DNA of 63,035 bases, counting the filler, from Rhabdomonas costata (lineage: Eukaryota), in NCBI GenBank assembly GCA_019059605.1. It is 46 parts of 46 records of this genome, joined end to end, with 100 filler letters (N's around TTAATTAATTAA, not from the genome) between each part and the next. Parts side by side here need not be neighbours in the genome. Positions count along the whole stretch, not along the records: positions 10,983 to 12,255 come from JAHMHO010021107.1; positions 12,356 to 13,628 come from JAHMHO010021108.1; positions 13,729 to 15,001 come from JAHMHO010021109.1; positions 15,102 to 16,374 come from JAHMHO010021110.1; positions 16,475 to 17,747 come from JAHMHO010021111.1; positions 17,848 to 19,134 come from JAHMHO010021112.1; positions 19,235 to 20,507 come from JAHMHO010021113.1; positions 20,608 to 21,880 come from JAHMHO010021114.1; 38 more parts are not named here. One strand, given 5' to 3'. Below are positions 12,234 to 24,764 of this stretch, in pieces. The position numbers and the translations under genes were made by a program. How positions within the stretch are numbered: the stretch's first letter is position 1; each line of letters begins with the position of its first letter. A model generated the notes under the pieces. That model was not told where the DNA came from, ran no database searches, and worked only from the letters and a program-made list of their open reading frames with translations.

Positions 12234-13010
12234 GCCTGCGCCCACCCCCCACACANNNNNNNNNNNNNNNNNNNNNNNNNNNNNNNNNNNNNNNNNNNNT
12301 TAATTAATTAANNNNNNNNNNNNNNNNNNNNNNNNNNNNNNNNNNNNNNNNNNNNGGTTTTTTGTACACAAACGCGAACCCCAAACGAGTTGCTTAAAAG
12401 TTCAATTGATCCAGGGGTGGGGTGCGGCACCAAGCAAAAATTGAAATAAACACTGTGTTGCAGGCAGGCAGGCAGGAACACTTCGGGAACAGAATTCGGC
12501 TGTGGGCTGGAGCTCGAAGCACCCTCTTCAGCCGGGCAAGGACGTCAGCCCCAGAACCCCCAGTGCGCCAACCTTAATCAATATCGGGCGGTATTGCCCA
12601 GCGCCGCAACGGAACGGTTTTGACGACGTTGCGGACGTTTGTTCAGACGATAATGGGGTTTAAGGGGCTGCAAAATGCTCGAATCGGCGAGAAAACGCTT
12701 TCTTTGACACCACTTTCAATTGAATTTGCCATTTGCATCCCGTGTGCTCTTGTTTCCGTGCTGCTCTTGTCACATCCGTATTTTCTCCTAATATTTGGTT
12801 GTCACGACAATTTGTGGTTGGAATCGTTTGCCTTGTGCCGTGGCGATTCATTCACCCTTACCCACCGCACAGACAGTGCAGAGGAGGAGACTTCGCATGT
12901 GTCGCGGTTTCATGGTACTGTGTTTGCAAGGGCTCCATTTCGCCTCCATTCCTTTGGATTTTCAGGTTCACCTGCTTCTGCTGTTCTGGGCCGCTGGTGC
13001 ACTGCAACAG

Positions 13011-13573
13011 CGCCATGTTACAGTTGAAGTGCGAAAGTCGGCCCTTAATTACACGTTGGATCTTGCTGCCCTCTCCAGAATAAATATCTCAATTCCTGGC
13101 TGGCTCTATGCTGTTCGGCACCCAAGGTGTATTTTCACGCTTTGTTTGTTTGCACACGTTCCAGCTCTCTCCAACCTCAGAGCGTATTTTCTTGTTGAAC
13201 TGAACTGAGCTTGACTCGTGCTAAATTTTATCTCAGGGATCCTTTTCATGGTTGTCTGCGAACTCCGGATGGAAAGGTTCCGCCCTCAGTGAACTCTCCC
13301 AACCATGTTATCATTTATACCGTCAACCGCACTGTACCACTCGCCCTGCAGCAGGACATGAGATTCAACTTCACGGTCACCAAGCCGGTTAGCCTTTGCT
13401 GACGCCAAGCTTTGTTTTCGTCTCTTCTTTCTGCTGCTTCGGTCGTTCGGTCGCTTTATTTTTTTTGTTGAATCAAAAATTATCCATGTTTCTTCTGTTT
13501 TGGCTTTTTTTTGTGACGATATGTGTTCGTTTTCAGCATAAGGGCAAAGCTGCACCTCCACCTCGACCACTGG
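13011..13573 (+). CDS. Uncharacterised protein, partial; exons 13011-13126, 13237-13387, 13537-
   Basis: Three phase-compatible GT-AG exons with several N-x-S/T sequons. No family recognised. Confidence 0.45.
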
Positions 13574-13623
13574 CTTTGCAGCTTTGCCCTTATGCTGAAA
13601 ACGAACACATATCGTCACAAAAA
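13508..13623. repeat. Perfect 47-bp fold-back at a contig end
   Basis: 13508-13554 is the reverse complement of 13577-13623. Confidence 0.95.
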
Positions 13624-14070
13624 CCAACNNNNNNNNNNNNNNNNNNNNNNNNNNNNNNNNNNNNNNNNNNNNTTAATTAATTAANNNNNNNNNNNNNNNN
13701 NNNNNNNNNNNNNNNNNNNNNNNNNNNNTGTTTGTGGGATGGAGGGCGCGGACACAATTCCCGGGAGTAGTAGTGTTTAGCAGGAGTTTTGGCCTTGGGA
13801 TGATTGAGTACTACAAAAACGGGTTAGGCATCGATACACATGTCTCGACGAGGAGCTTGTGCCGTCTTTCGAATAACCGCGTTGCACGCGTAATACGGAA
13901 CTCCTCCCTCCTGTAATGCACTTCCCTACACTTCCTCGAAACCGAGAAAACAGAGAACGCGGAAAAGAGAAAAAAAGAAAAGAAAAAAGAAATTCAAACA
14001 AAAGATAAGAGAAAAAAGGATAGTAAAAGAAAAAAAGCAAAACGACATTAATGAAACGAAAGCAGCAAAC

Positions 14071-14316
14071 CATCGCCACCAGCTGGAACTCCGCCTTCCT
14101 GGAGGCCTCGTTGAGGCCCTCGCACCGGAAGGTCCGGTCCATCAACTCCACGGCGTGCCAGGCCACTCGAAAGAGCGGCCCGCTCAGTCCCACAGCCTCC
14201 GCGGCCTCCACCACCCACACCACCAGCTCTTTCTCGCGGTCCGCGGAGTGGTAGTGAGGAGAGCGGCTCGCGGTGTTGGGGCTGGAGACTGCCTTTGCTG
14301 TGGAAGCCAGGGCCAT
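14071..14316 (-). CDS. Cyclin-box protein, first exon
   Basis: MALAST...REKELVVWVVEAAEAVGL...VAWHAVELMDRTF...KAEFQLVAM matches cyclin N-box helices 1-3. Donor ATG|GTTTGC. Confidence 0.75.
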
Positions 14317-15555
14317 GATATCTAGGATGAGCGAGGGAAGAGGAAGGGGCTGAGAAGGGCGGTTTATGAGGCGGATGGCGGTAAGATTTAAAATGGAAGG
14401 GAGGAGAGGGATTGCGCAAAAAGACACGCAAGGGTTGATAAAAAACCCTCTGAAACACCGAGGCCAAGTGGAGAAAACTTTTTGGAGGAGGGACGGTAGA
14501 CCCATGGGGTTAGGGACTTGAGGAGCAAGTTGTCGCTTACCAAATGGATGTAACCTGAGACGAGACCCGAGACGATACTTACCACTGGCATAACAGAAGC
14601 CGGCAGGCAGGCCATGCCCGTTCACCGAACGATAAACGATGAAAAATGGTGGATGGGTAGAAGGCGAGGCGTCCTTTACACGCAGACAGAAGGCAGGATG
14701 ACCACGGCGGCGGGGACGTGGGGTAGGTCCCGAGGGATTCCGACAAGACGGGGAACAATTCCGACGACCTCGATCAACCTGCAATAGCTTGAACGCTTAC
14801 CACTTTCCCACGTTTCCAGCTGAACTCTCAAGTTCTCCCGTTTTTATTTCGAGGGGACTCAATTTGAATCCTCTGGGGTGATGAAGGGCAAAAATCCGTC
14901 CCCATTTTCAGCACAATCGTGATGTACAGCAGAGATGAATACAGTTGGTCAAAGCGTATCATCTTCATCGACGCATCGACGGTCAAGACAAACAAACCAC
15001 ANNNNNNNNNNNNNNNNNNNNNNNNNNNNNNNNNNNNNNNNNNNNTTAATTAATTAANNNNNNNNNNNNNNNNNNNNNNNNNNNNNNNNNNNNNNNNNNN
15101 NGTTGTGGGGTGTCACACAACCCAATGGTGAAGTTGGTGGGTTGGTGGGGAAGAGGATGGAGTGGAATACAAAAGCTTTGGAGACATCGAATCCTTTTCC
15201 AGCAATCGATTTAGAACCTCGTCGTGTTTAATGTTTGTTGGACATAGCCGGACACGGGTCCAATCAACATTGGGGGGGGGTGACTGCTATCAATTAACAC
15301 AAAAATTTAGTCATTTTAGCATAAGGAAAATGTAAGGAAAAATATGCCAGCACTTTTGAAATGCTTTTGTTACAAGGGGTTAAGTAAAGAGTGCCAGTGC
15401 TCCCCCAAAAATGAGTATTTTTGGTAAGCACAGCAAAATTACTGCGGACCCCAGACTAGCCAAGGCTGGGGTTTCAGCGGACAAATGGGAGAGCATAAGT
15501 CTTGGGGGCAGAAAGGCAGCTACCACAAACTTAAAACAAGAAGAGCAGACGAAAC

Positions 15556-16288
15556 CTAAGACTTCGGCCGCGGCTTCCTGCACCTTCCTCGCCGGGTAGT
15601 GAATGTTTTGCAGCATAATTTGGAAGAACTTTTCTCTCGTGATGAGCTCCGCGTCGAGATTGCTGTAGAAAAAGCAGCACAGCGATATTAAAGCCGGATG
15701 CCCGTTGTAACATTTCACGTTTCCAGAAAACGGTTCGAGGAGGTCAACCACTGGCAGAGCACACACATACACACACACGGGCGCCATGCGCCGCCTCGCA
15801 TCCCATGATCTATGGTGCTCACCCGTTCCGGGCCTTTGAATCTTCGGACCTGCGCGTTAGTTCGTTCGGGGCCTGAAAAGGTCCAGCAACTGTCATTAAT
15901 ATAGCACTGTTCGTGTGTTTTCATTGTCTATCATCATCCGACCTTTCCTTGGGATTTCATTCGGCCGTTTAGGATACCGCATCCCATTTCCTGTGTTCCA
16001 TCATATGAGAGGTTGAAACCTGTCATACGGGGGTAGGCCGTTCGCCAGCAGTACCCCCAGCAGCTGCAGGCCGGTTATCCTGCCCAGGACGGTGGCCTGG
16101 TCCGTGGACCCCTTATAGGTCAGCCAACCCAGCAGCACGTGTTTCTTGATCTGCAGCCGGGGTTTCCACCGCTCCACAAAGAGCTTCACCATCTCCAGAT
16201 TGTTTGCCAGGACAAACTTCTGGCGGTGCGAGGCGTGCTTCATCAGAAGCTCCACCAGCTGATTGGCCAGCCTCTCGGACTCCCCAAT
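15556..16288 (-). CDS. PRKDC: DNA-dependent protein kinase catalytic subunit, internal fragment; exons 16288-16020, 15662-15556
   Basis: LANQLVELLMKHASH...NLEMVKLFVERWK...GLQLLGVLLANGLPPYD|...FFQIMLQNI...VQEAAAEVLG resembles the DNA-PKcs HEAT region (GIQLLGIVMANDLPPYD...AAAEVLG). Confidence 0.85.
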
Positions 16289-17924
16289 CTTTGAATGGAC
16301 GTTTTTTGTTGACCGAAAAACGTCAGACCGTTACCAATAGGAGAGAACCCAGATTCTGTTCCACCCACAAAACANNNNNNNNNNNNNNNNNNNNNNNNNN
16401 NNNNNNNNNNNNNNNNNNTTAATTAATTAANNNNNNNNNNNNNNNNNNNNNNNNNNNNNNNNNNNNNNNNNNNNCCCACTATTCGGTGCTCCTTCTCGTA
16501 CAGTGAGTAGTGGGACTCTGAGTCCACTCTGAGTAATGCCCACTATCCATTTTTTTCTTTCAGTACCAAACCGAACAAACCCGACCCATGAATAGGAAAA
16601 TAACACACGACTTTTTGGAAATCCTACAAAAGGCAGGTTCGCCTATTGCTTTCATTTCCCACCTTTTTCAACCTATTTTAATGCATTTTTGCATTTTTGT
16701 GGGGGGAAATTTAAATTGTATTTTTGAAAGAGAATTATTGACATCGTAGCATATTTAGCCGGCTTCTCTTCGTGGGAAGAAATTCCATTTAAATTTTTCT
16801 TTCTTTGATGACAACTGATTTTCACAACGGATTGGTATCCATTTTCTATGTGTGTGGGAGGAGCTGGGAGCTAGTCACCTCTAAAAACATCTGTCTCTCT
16901 GGGGTAGATCGGTCGGTTAAATTTTTTGTTACGAATTTCTCACGAAGAGCCTTGGGTATCTGACGCAGGTGAATGGTCATTTTAGTCCACCACAAAAAAG
17001 AAAAACATAATAAAAGTAATAAAGATAAAAATTGTCATCCCAGGTATTTGGGGCACAGAAGTTCTTGCAGTAGCATTGGGTCAGCACAAAACAGTTTTTA
17101 CAAGAAGAAAAAAAGGAAGCCAGCAATTTACATGAAAAGCAGACTGGAACACAACTAGATGCGCGGTGTCACCAAAGAAACTCACAAGAAGGAACGCGAG
17201 AGATCAGTGAGATCAAAAAAATCGTGAAAAAAAAATAGAACGGTAAACCAGTGCGAACGAAGAAGAAACATAACAACGAGCACCATGTACAGTTCTAAAT
17301 TGAAACTTGTATTCGCCGGAGAAACCGACCGACCGACCGATCGACCGGGGAAACCAGGGAGGTAGGACGGAGAGGTGGGCGGAGTGGACTAAAATCCGTG
17401 TACGGAAAAGGTAGAAAGTGGAAGGACCACGGCCTGATTGCGCCGAAGACGCTTGGGCAGAGCAGGCATGAGAGGACAGACACTCCACCAGACACTACAG
17501 AAACAAAGCAGGAGAGGACCCAAATTTACGCAGGCTCCCAGAAGCGTTGTTCAAGCAGCAGAACAATCATGCCAGCACAAACGGGTACTCCTGCTGGAGG
17601 TGGTAAGGGTGTGGCGCCCAGGAGTGACCCAGTATCTCTTTGCCTTGTCGCTTGCCAACACAGCAGGTCCGCGATGGTGTGGCAGCCCCAGTGATGCGCG
17701 AAGCGGTAGCTTCGCTTGCGGGCACCCCCGCCGAGCACAACTCAAGANNNNNNNNNNNNNNNNNNNNNNNNNNNNNNNNNNNNNNNNNNNNTTAATTAAT
17801 TAANNNNNNNNNNNNNNNNNNNNNNNNNNNNNNNNNNNNNNNNNNNNTGTGTTGTGGGGTTCGTTTTGGAGCGCATGCACCAGAAGATGCCTTGTTTGAC
17901 TTTGGACGGTTGTGCTCGCTTCTG

Positions 17925-17926
<2 letters not shown>

Positions 17927-17972
<46 letters not shown>
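17927..17972. repeat. (GT)23 microsatellite
   Basis: Pure GT run. Confidence 0.97.
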
Positions 17973-17974
<2 letters not shown>

Positions 17975-18289
17975 CTGCGTGCGTCGACAAGAAAACAAAG
18001 GGGGACTTCTTCAGCGAAGCAAAGCCAAGAAAAAAGCACAGTGGCAATTTGTTTGGTTTGGTTTGGGTTGTTGCGTTGTCTTCGAAGAAAAGCTCAAATC
18101 TTAGCGGTTCGGACGATGTTGCTCATCATCTTTGGATCAACTTTGTCCCCCAGCGAGCTTTTGATCCAGCCCCACCACCTTTTTTGCGCAGTTCCACCGG
18201 GGAGCGGCAACCCCACCTAACCCAAACTCATACCCATACAACGCAAACGTGCGAAATGGCTCCGCGCCGTGAATGTTTGGTCGGTGTGA

Positions 18290-18729
18290 CCGCGCAAAGC
18301 ACGCACGGCGCTCTCGACAGAGTTCATCTGCACGATAACGGCCTGAGCCCGGCAATGAACGAAGCAGACACAAAATGAAGTAACGAGAAAATCGTTCACC
18401 GACCACGCCACTGCACGCAAGCTTTCATGACTTCTACCACGTCTACCACACTCATCATGAGCGTCGAAAGCAATGCTTTTCACCATCATCAGAACAACCG
18501 TAAATAAGATTTCTTTGCAAATGCCTTCAATCCTTCACTGCGGCCCTCTTACCTCCCCCCCTTTTTTGCGCAAAGATCCCATGGGTTGAACCTCCAGCCT
18601 ACACTGAGCGGGCCACAGCAAAGGTTTGACCTCAGGAAGGCGCTCCATTCGCAGGATTCCCCCGTACTGCGTGAACAGCTGGGCAAGGGCCCCCGGGTCG
18701 TTCAGAAGATGGGCTGGGATCCGACTGAC
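18290..18729 (-). CDS. RRM-like RNA-binding protein fragment (tentative); exons 18729-18631, 18342-
   Basis: VSRIPAHLLNDPGALAQLFTQYGGILRMERLPE|AVIVQMNSVESAVRALR fits the RRM pattern L..LF..YG.I...A.V.M...E.A..AL. Confidence 0.5.
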
Positions 18730-19568
18730 CTGCCGCCCCCCAAACGATCCCAGAGTTGAAAGGTGCGGAGACACCCATTGTTTCCCATGGCCCACAAGTG
18801 TATAGAACGAAAACAGGTATTGCTGGGCAGAAGCTTGGGTGGCTGGATTGAAGAATGGCGCGGAGGGTTGTCGATGAGGTTGGGGAGCAAATGCACTTTC
18901 CCAGTGCCAAACCAAGAGAGGGAGATAGCGTGCCAACCTTTAAAACTTGCAAACACACCCTCTCAGTACTCAGGCAAGGTCAAGGATAAAGCCGACGTGA
19001 CAGCGGGGAGCGTGAGCTCAAGGATCAAGAGACGTCTCTTGCACGCTTGTACATGGTGATAGGGTCCCAAACTTTGGGCCCGGTCCTAAACTTTGATTTC
19101 TGCATTTTCAGTCTGATGTTCGAACCCAAACCCCNNNNNNNNNNNNNNNNNNNNNNNNNNNNNNNNNNNNNNNNNNNNTTAATTAATTAANNNNNNNNNN
19201 NNNNNNNNNNNNNNNNNNNNNNNNNNNNNNNNNNTGTGTGGTGTGTTTGGGTGGTGTGTTCCAGTGGTGTTACTTGCCGTGGCCGGGATTATTTACTCTG
19301 CAGATAAAGCTGCAGCGGTTTAAATGAATGTTTTTTCTTAAGAATTCAGTCACGCAGTTTTATAGATCCGGGAACAACATTTTTTGATAATATTGTTGGC
19401 GGGTCTGTCTCATTGATTTTGGAGAGATTGTTCTGACGGAGGGCCCGACCTTCCTGCCCAGAGGCTAGTTGGTATAATGGGAAATTAGGAGACTGCTAAG
19501 CCATACGCCAGATGAGGTTTCGGGATGGAAGGACCTCGATGCCCTGTCTTCACCCTGTGGTATTGTAG

Positions 19569-20310
19569 GCGATACAGTCTCACGCGGGGCTCTCCACGCC
19601 CTTTGCTGGGGACAAGGTTCTGGCCTTCTGGAACGTACGCATCACCCGCTCAGACCACGCCTCGCGGTGCGTCTCGGCAGCGCAGGAGGTGTACCTTGCG
19701 GCGCAGAAGCTGGGCCTCAGCGTGCGCATCGCCTGCACCGGAGGGTTTGCGCCCCCCATCCTGCGATATGCTGTGAATGTTCTTTTCTGAAACAGGGAAG
19801 CTATACCTGGGCTATCTATTTTCGCGAATCGGTCCTCCTTATACCCTTCATTCCTCTTACTGTTTTATCTGAGTCTTCCAACTGCAGTCCAACCAGAGGT
19901 GGTTGGTAATTTTCGATAAGTGGTTGTGCTCCGCCCATGGGGGTTGGCCGCAGCGGACATATGACTTAATATCACTTGGACGAGGAGAACGGGAGGAAGG
20001 CTGGAGATGAGGGCGATTGCGCTGTGGGTTGGGTGGCCTTGACGATGAGGGTGTGGAGGATAAGCCGAATGCGTCATTTCTCAGCCGACGTTAAAATCGA
20101 CTGCATCGCACGCGTCAAGGTTATTATGTCGTGGCTCCTTGTGCGGCCACCACAGTTGCCCATGCAGGCAGTAATCCTATGTTTACTATTTTCAGGCCGG
20201 CCTCGTTCGGCTCCATGGGGACGAAGACCCAGAGAGCCTTCACGGTCGTGGGGCCCTGCATTCCTCGAGGGATGGTTTTGCAGAAGCTGGCGAAGCTCAT
20301 TCCTTTCAAG
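19569..20310 (+). CDS. Class III adenylate/guanylate cyclase domain, degenerate; exons 19569-19744, 20196-20310
   Basis: AIQSHAGLSTPFAGDKVLAFWN...DHASRCVSAAQE...LSVRIACTGG|PASFGSMGTKTQRAFTVVG, spliced in phase. Confidence 0.85.
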
Positions 20311-22101
20311 GTGAGGCCATGCCCTGCTTATCGTTTCAGATCTCATCGAGCATTTTGTGTTGACCAACCCCACGGTTGATTTTCCCAGTGCGTTTTGTAA
20401 TGGATCTGGGGGTGTTATCGGTCACGTTCTAGCATGACTCTGCTTGTACTACGTTGTTTCCATCGTTCTGCTCGAAACATTTTACAGTATTCGAACACCC
20501 CCAAACCNNNNNNNNNNNNNNNNNNNNNNNNNNNNNNNNNNNNNNNNNNNNTTAATTAATTAANNNNNNNNNNNNNNNNNNNNNNNNNNNNNNNNNNNNN
20601 NNNNNNNTTTTTTGTTTAAACAATATTGTTTGTGCAGTTGGTTTTTATTTTGATTCTTTTTCTGTTGAGTTTAAACTGTGTAATTCTGTTGGATTTTTAA
20701 CTTTGAACGTCTCCCTGCCCATACTGGCAACCTTGGCACAACTGTGGCAGAAATACATTTCTTTCTTTTTGGATCCAAGCACCTTGCACGCTGACAGTTT
20801 AGTGCAGATTTCTGCATGGTATAAACTTTTGAGTGAGTTGAGGACTCCCAATTTTGGAGTTTCTTTGAACTGTTTGGTTGTTAGTGCTGAACCTGCTGGC
20901 GCTTTTCGGTGAGGTGCGCAGAGCACCGGTATGAATTGGAGCATGCAAAAAAACGCAACCGTGCAACCCTGCATAGAAGTGCACGTGTGTGTTTTACATC
21001 CGTGCTTGCAATATAAGCCCAACGCTTCCGTGCACTGTGAACGCTTCCGTGCATCGATCACGTCAACACGGACAGACGAAAAGGTGCATTTACAGCGCGG
21101 TGTAGTTAGGAATCGCCAGCCAGCACCTTGGATCCTGGGCCGCTCCGCCGGGCTTCTCGAGAGAACCTGGAAAAGTCTTGTGTAAGACCTCGTAGGGGAC
21201 ACGTAACACGTAACGTGCTCATGCACTGTTTAAATGCAACGTGCATTTAAACGTGCTCTTCGTCCCTAGACGCCACACCGGCAGGCCATTTTGACCCACT
21301 GGACTATTTCACTGCGGCGACAAATCAACACAACGAGCTTCACAAAACCTTTCTCGGTGACGATAATCCTACGCATCCGCAGCAGTCGAACTTTAATTTC
21401 TGGGATTCCGAAGTGGACCAGTAATTTCGTGTGCCACGGGTTGACTTTGGACAGTGACATTTTTGTCGAAGCATCACGTCACGTCCTCACGGTTCCAAGG
21501 TTTCCAGTTACGCAACAGTTACGCTGAAAAATCAACACATGTACTCACACAACAACAAACACCACACAAACAGCATTGAAAAGGAGGAAACTCGTGGGGC
21601 GCATTTGGTCTCTGTTTCCGCACGCAATAATCAGAGCAAATTTAAGATTTGGTATTTAATTTTTTTTAAACATGCACAAGAACTGCGTATAGTGCTGCTG
21701 AATGGACACTGGCACCCCGTTTGTGCGGGCATGCCATGTGGTCTGTGCTCACTATTATTACCTTTCAAAAACTCTTGGACTCTTGAACCCCGGTCACAGT
21801 CCAGCTGAGGCCAATTCACGCGAAAAGAGAAAGCGCCGTCAAGATCGTTGCAAAAACGCCAAGTAAATTGCCAAAAACAANNNNNNNNNNNNNNNNNNNN
21901 NNNNNNNNNNNNNNNNNNNNNNNNTTAATTAATTAANNNNNNNNNNNNNNNNNNNNNNNNNNNNNNNNNNNNNNNNNNNNGTGTGTGGGGGGTTTGTGTT
22001 GGGGTTTGCCACCTGAAAGAGAGCTTCTGTCTCAAGGTGGGTTGTCTTTGATCAGGCACCACTTCTTTCTTCTTCTTCTTCTTCTTCTTCTTCTTTTTGC
22101 A

Positions 22102-22676
22102 ATGTCGGCTCCAAAAGATAAAGAGGTGGACACACTGTTGGAAATGTTTTCCAATATGGTGTGCTTTTCAAGAAGGCTTTTGAATTGGAGCTTGTTTGCT
22201 GCTGATTTGGGTTTGACTTGGTTGTGGTGTTTTTGTGCCAGGATCCCGCGATCGTGTCTGCAGTGTATTCCAGCGTGGCTCGTGGAGCGGACCGCATGGA
22301 GCGTTGTATTCAAGCCCTTATGGATATGCAGGATTCTGATCAGATCATTGAGGTTGTTTACTCGTGTGTTAGCCCCGGGCACATGAACCTTTTTTTATCC
22401 CACTTCTTGAAGGATCGACAACCATGTGTTTATCTCGCCCAGGCGCAGGATTGTTTTGATCCCAGGGTCCCGAACTTCTGCTGAAGGGTCGGGGACATTT
22501 TTTTCTCTTAGTATTTTTCTGTGAAAAAGAACACCCTCCTGTATTTCTTCCCGGCAGAGGGGGGCGGGGGAGTTGGTTTGGTTGCGTTCTACTGCTTCGG
22601 TCAGGTCCCTCAGCGAGCTCCCTCTGGACCAGCCCTGGCTCCGCAACCCTCGAGGTCCACGCCACCTCAGCAACAG
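22102..22676 (+). CDS. CUE-domain (ubiquitin-binding) protein, N-terminus; exons 22102-22158, 22242-22352, 22605-
   Basis: MSAPKDKEVDTLLEMFSNM|DPAIVSAVYSSVARGADRMERCIQALMDM matches the CUE pattern L.EMF..D......I..LL.M. Confidence 0.7.
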
Positions 22677-24132
22677 GCTCCGTTTATGTTCAGGTTCTAT
22701 TACGCTGCGTCTAACTTTCAGAAAGACAATAAAAAGGAATTGAATGTCGGGGGAGTGTGGGCTCCCCAGTAGCCCGCAGGCCACCGATCACCCAGGCCCG
22801 AGATAGAGAAAAAAAGGGACATCACCCCCCTTGGAGATCACCCTCCCAGGGGGTGATCCCTGGACTGACGGATACCGGTGCTGCCCGTTTTCCCATCCGA
22901 AAGAAAAGCTCCAAGGGGCGTTCCCACGAGAAAAGGCCCCAGCCCCCCAAGGAAGGAGTGTGGTGTCGCAGAGACCTGAGCCGCAATGGAGCAATGCAGG
23001 TAGCCGCAGGAAAAGAGCAGCTGCGCGACAATGGCCCGGGACCCGTGGGGCAGAAGGGAGATTACCCAGATGTGGAACGTTCGGCGGTGAGCCGGTTCCG
23101 GTTCCCCACGGCACCGTTCGCTCCAACGGCACCTCTCGCGAGCACCCGTGGCCAACAGCGCGTGCGCCCGTCAGTCCACAGTGGTCATCAACAGTCAACC
23201 AGTCAAACAGGCAACAGCCAGCGCGCAATGCGCCCAAGACACACACACAACACNNNNNNNNNNNNNNNNNNNNNNNNNNNNNNNNNNNNNNNNNNNNTTA
23301 ATTAATTAANNNNNNNNNNNNNNNNNNNNNNNNNNNNNNNNNNNNNNNNNNNNGTGTGGGACTGCTCGTGGTTGTCTGCATTTGTCGCAGGGAGATCCCG
23401 CCGCTGTTGTTCGTAGAAGTGGACAGGTGGAAGTGTGACAGCAGAAGGTCAAAACCCAGGTAAGAGGGTAAGGTTTGCTACGACACTCAGACACGCCCGC
23501 GTGCTTGTGGCTCACAATCTGCAACCTCACCTTGTCTGGAAGCGTCGCTTTGAAGAAGCTCCTTCTAGAGTTGGAGATGGACTGTAGGCCGCAGCGTGAA
23601 TGATCATTGCGTCCTGAACTCCGAAGCACCCGAGGCAAATTGGGATACAACTCTGGGATACAACCACCAGCTGCCCAGAATGCAGTTGAGGGTGAGGGGA
23701 AGGTCCTGCTCCGTGCTGTTTGCAAAGTTGCCCGTCAGAGGACTCCACAGAACGCGAATGAGGTGGCATCTGCTGGGCACACACCGCATCAAAGAAAGAG
23801 CTACCTGGGGGTCAGGGAACTTTGCGCTGCAGAAGGGCCTGGTGCTTCGAGAAATGACAAGGAAGACCACACGCGTGGGCAAGAAGGCAAGTGGGGTGTC
23901 CTCCTAGAGGCGGTTGTTAGTGAACGAAGCGAGCCCCCCGAAGGGGACGAGCCCGCCAAAAGTGCCCGGGCTGCTCCTGCTGCGGATGATTTTCGCTGAA
24001 TTTCTGTTTTCGCCTTTTGGATGCTCCATTGCCGTTTGCTAAAGAGCAAAAGGCGTTGCTCTGGTTGTTGTCAACCCATGTGTTGGCGTTTTCGTTTTCA
24101 CCTTTCAGCTACTTACTTCGTTTTTCAACAGA

Positions 24133-24595
24133 ATGTTTCGGAACACCTTTCAGTCGGGTTTTCTGTCCATTCTTTACAGCATCGGGTGTGCAAATCTCTC
24201 TCATTTTAGCGCCAGGTACGGTTGTAAAATGAACCAGAGGCATTATTCGAACGACCCTGCGAGACAGAGTTAAGACTGAGCACACTACTCAAGGTTTCTT
24301 CTTTCAGTTTCAGTTGCTCAACTGGTGAGCTGTGGTCTTCCCTTCCTTCTCCTTGCCTGGTACATTCCTGCGCTGACCCTGCGTCGCCGCCTGAACCTGC
24401 AGGAGCCGCCCCCTTCAGATCTGGGACAAGAAGGTTCGCAACGGGCACATCAAGCGGCTCACCGACCAGGACATCCAGAGCAGCGTGCTGGAGATTATTG
24501 GCAGCAACGTCAGCACCAACTACATCTCCTGCCCCGCAGACCCCCAGAAGACGCTGGGCATCAAGCTCCCCTTCCTGGTGATGATCATCAAGAAC
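24133..24595 (+). CDS. CFAP20: Cilia- and flagella-associated protein 20 (Bug22), N-terminus; exons 24133-24185, 24403-24595
   Basis: [82 protein letters not shown], the near-invariant CFAP20 sequence. Confidence 0.98.
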
Positions 24596-24764
24596 GTGTG
24601 TTCACCGCAGCCCATCCAAAAAAACNNNNNNNNNNNNNNNNNNNNNNNNNNNNNNNNNNNNNNNNNNNNTTAATTAATTAANNNNNNNNNNNNNNNNNNN
24701 NNNNNNNNNNNNNNNNNNNNNNNNNTTCACAGCCCCCCTACCCCTTGCTCCCCGCTTCGTGTAG

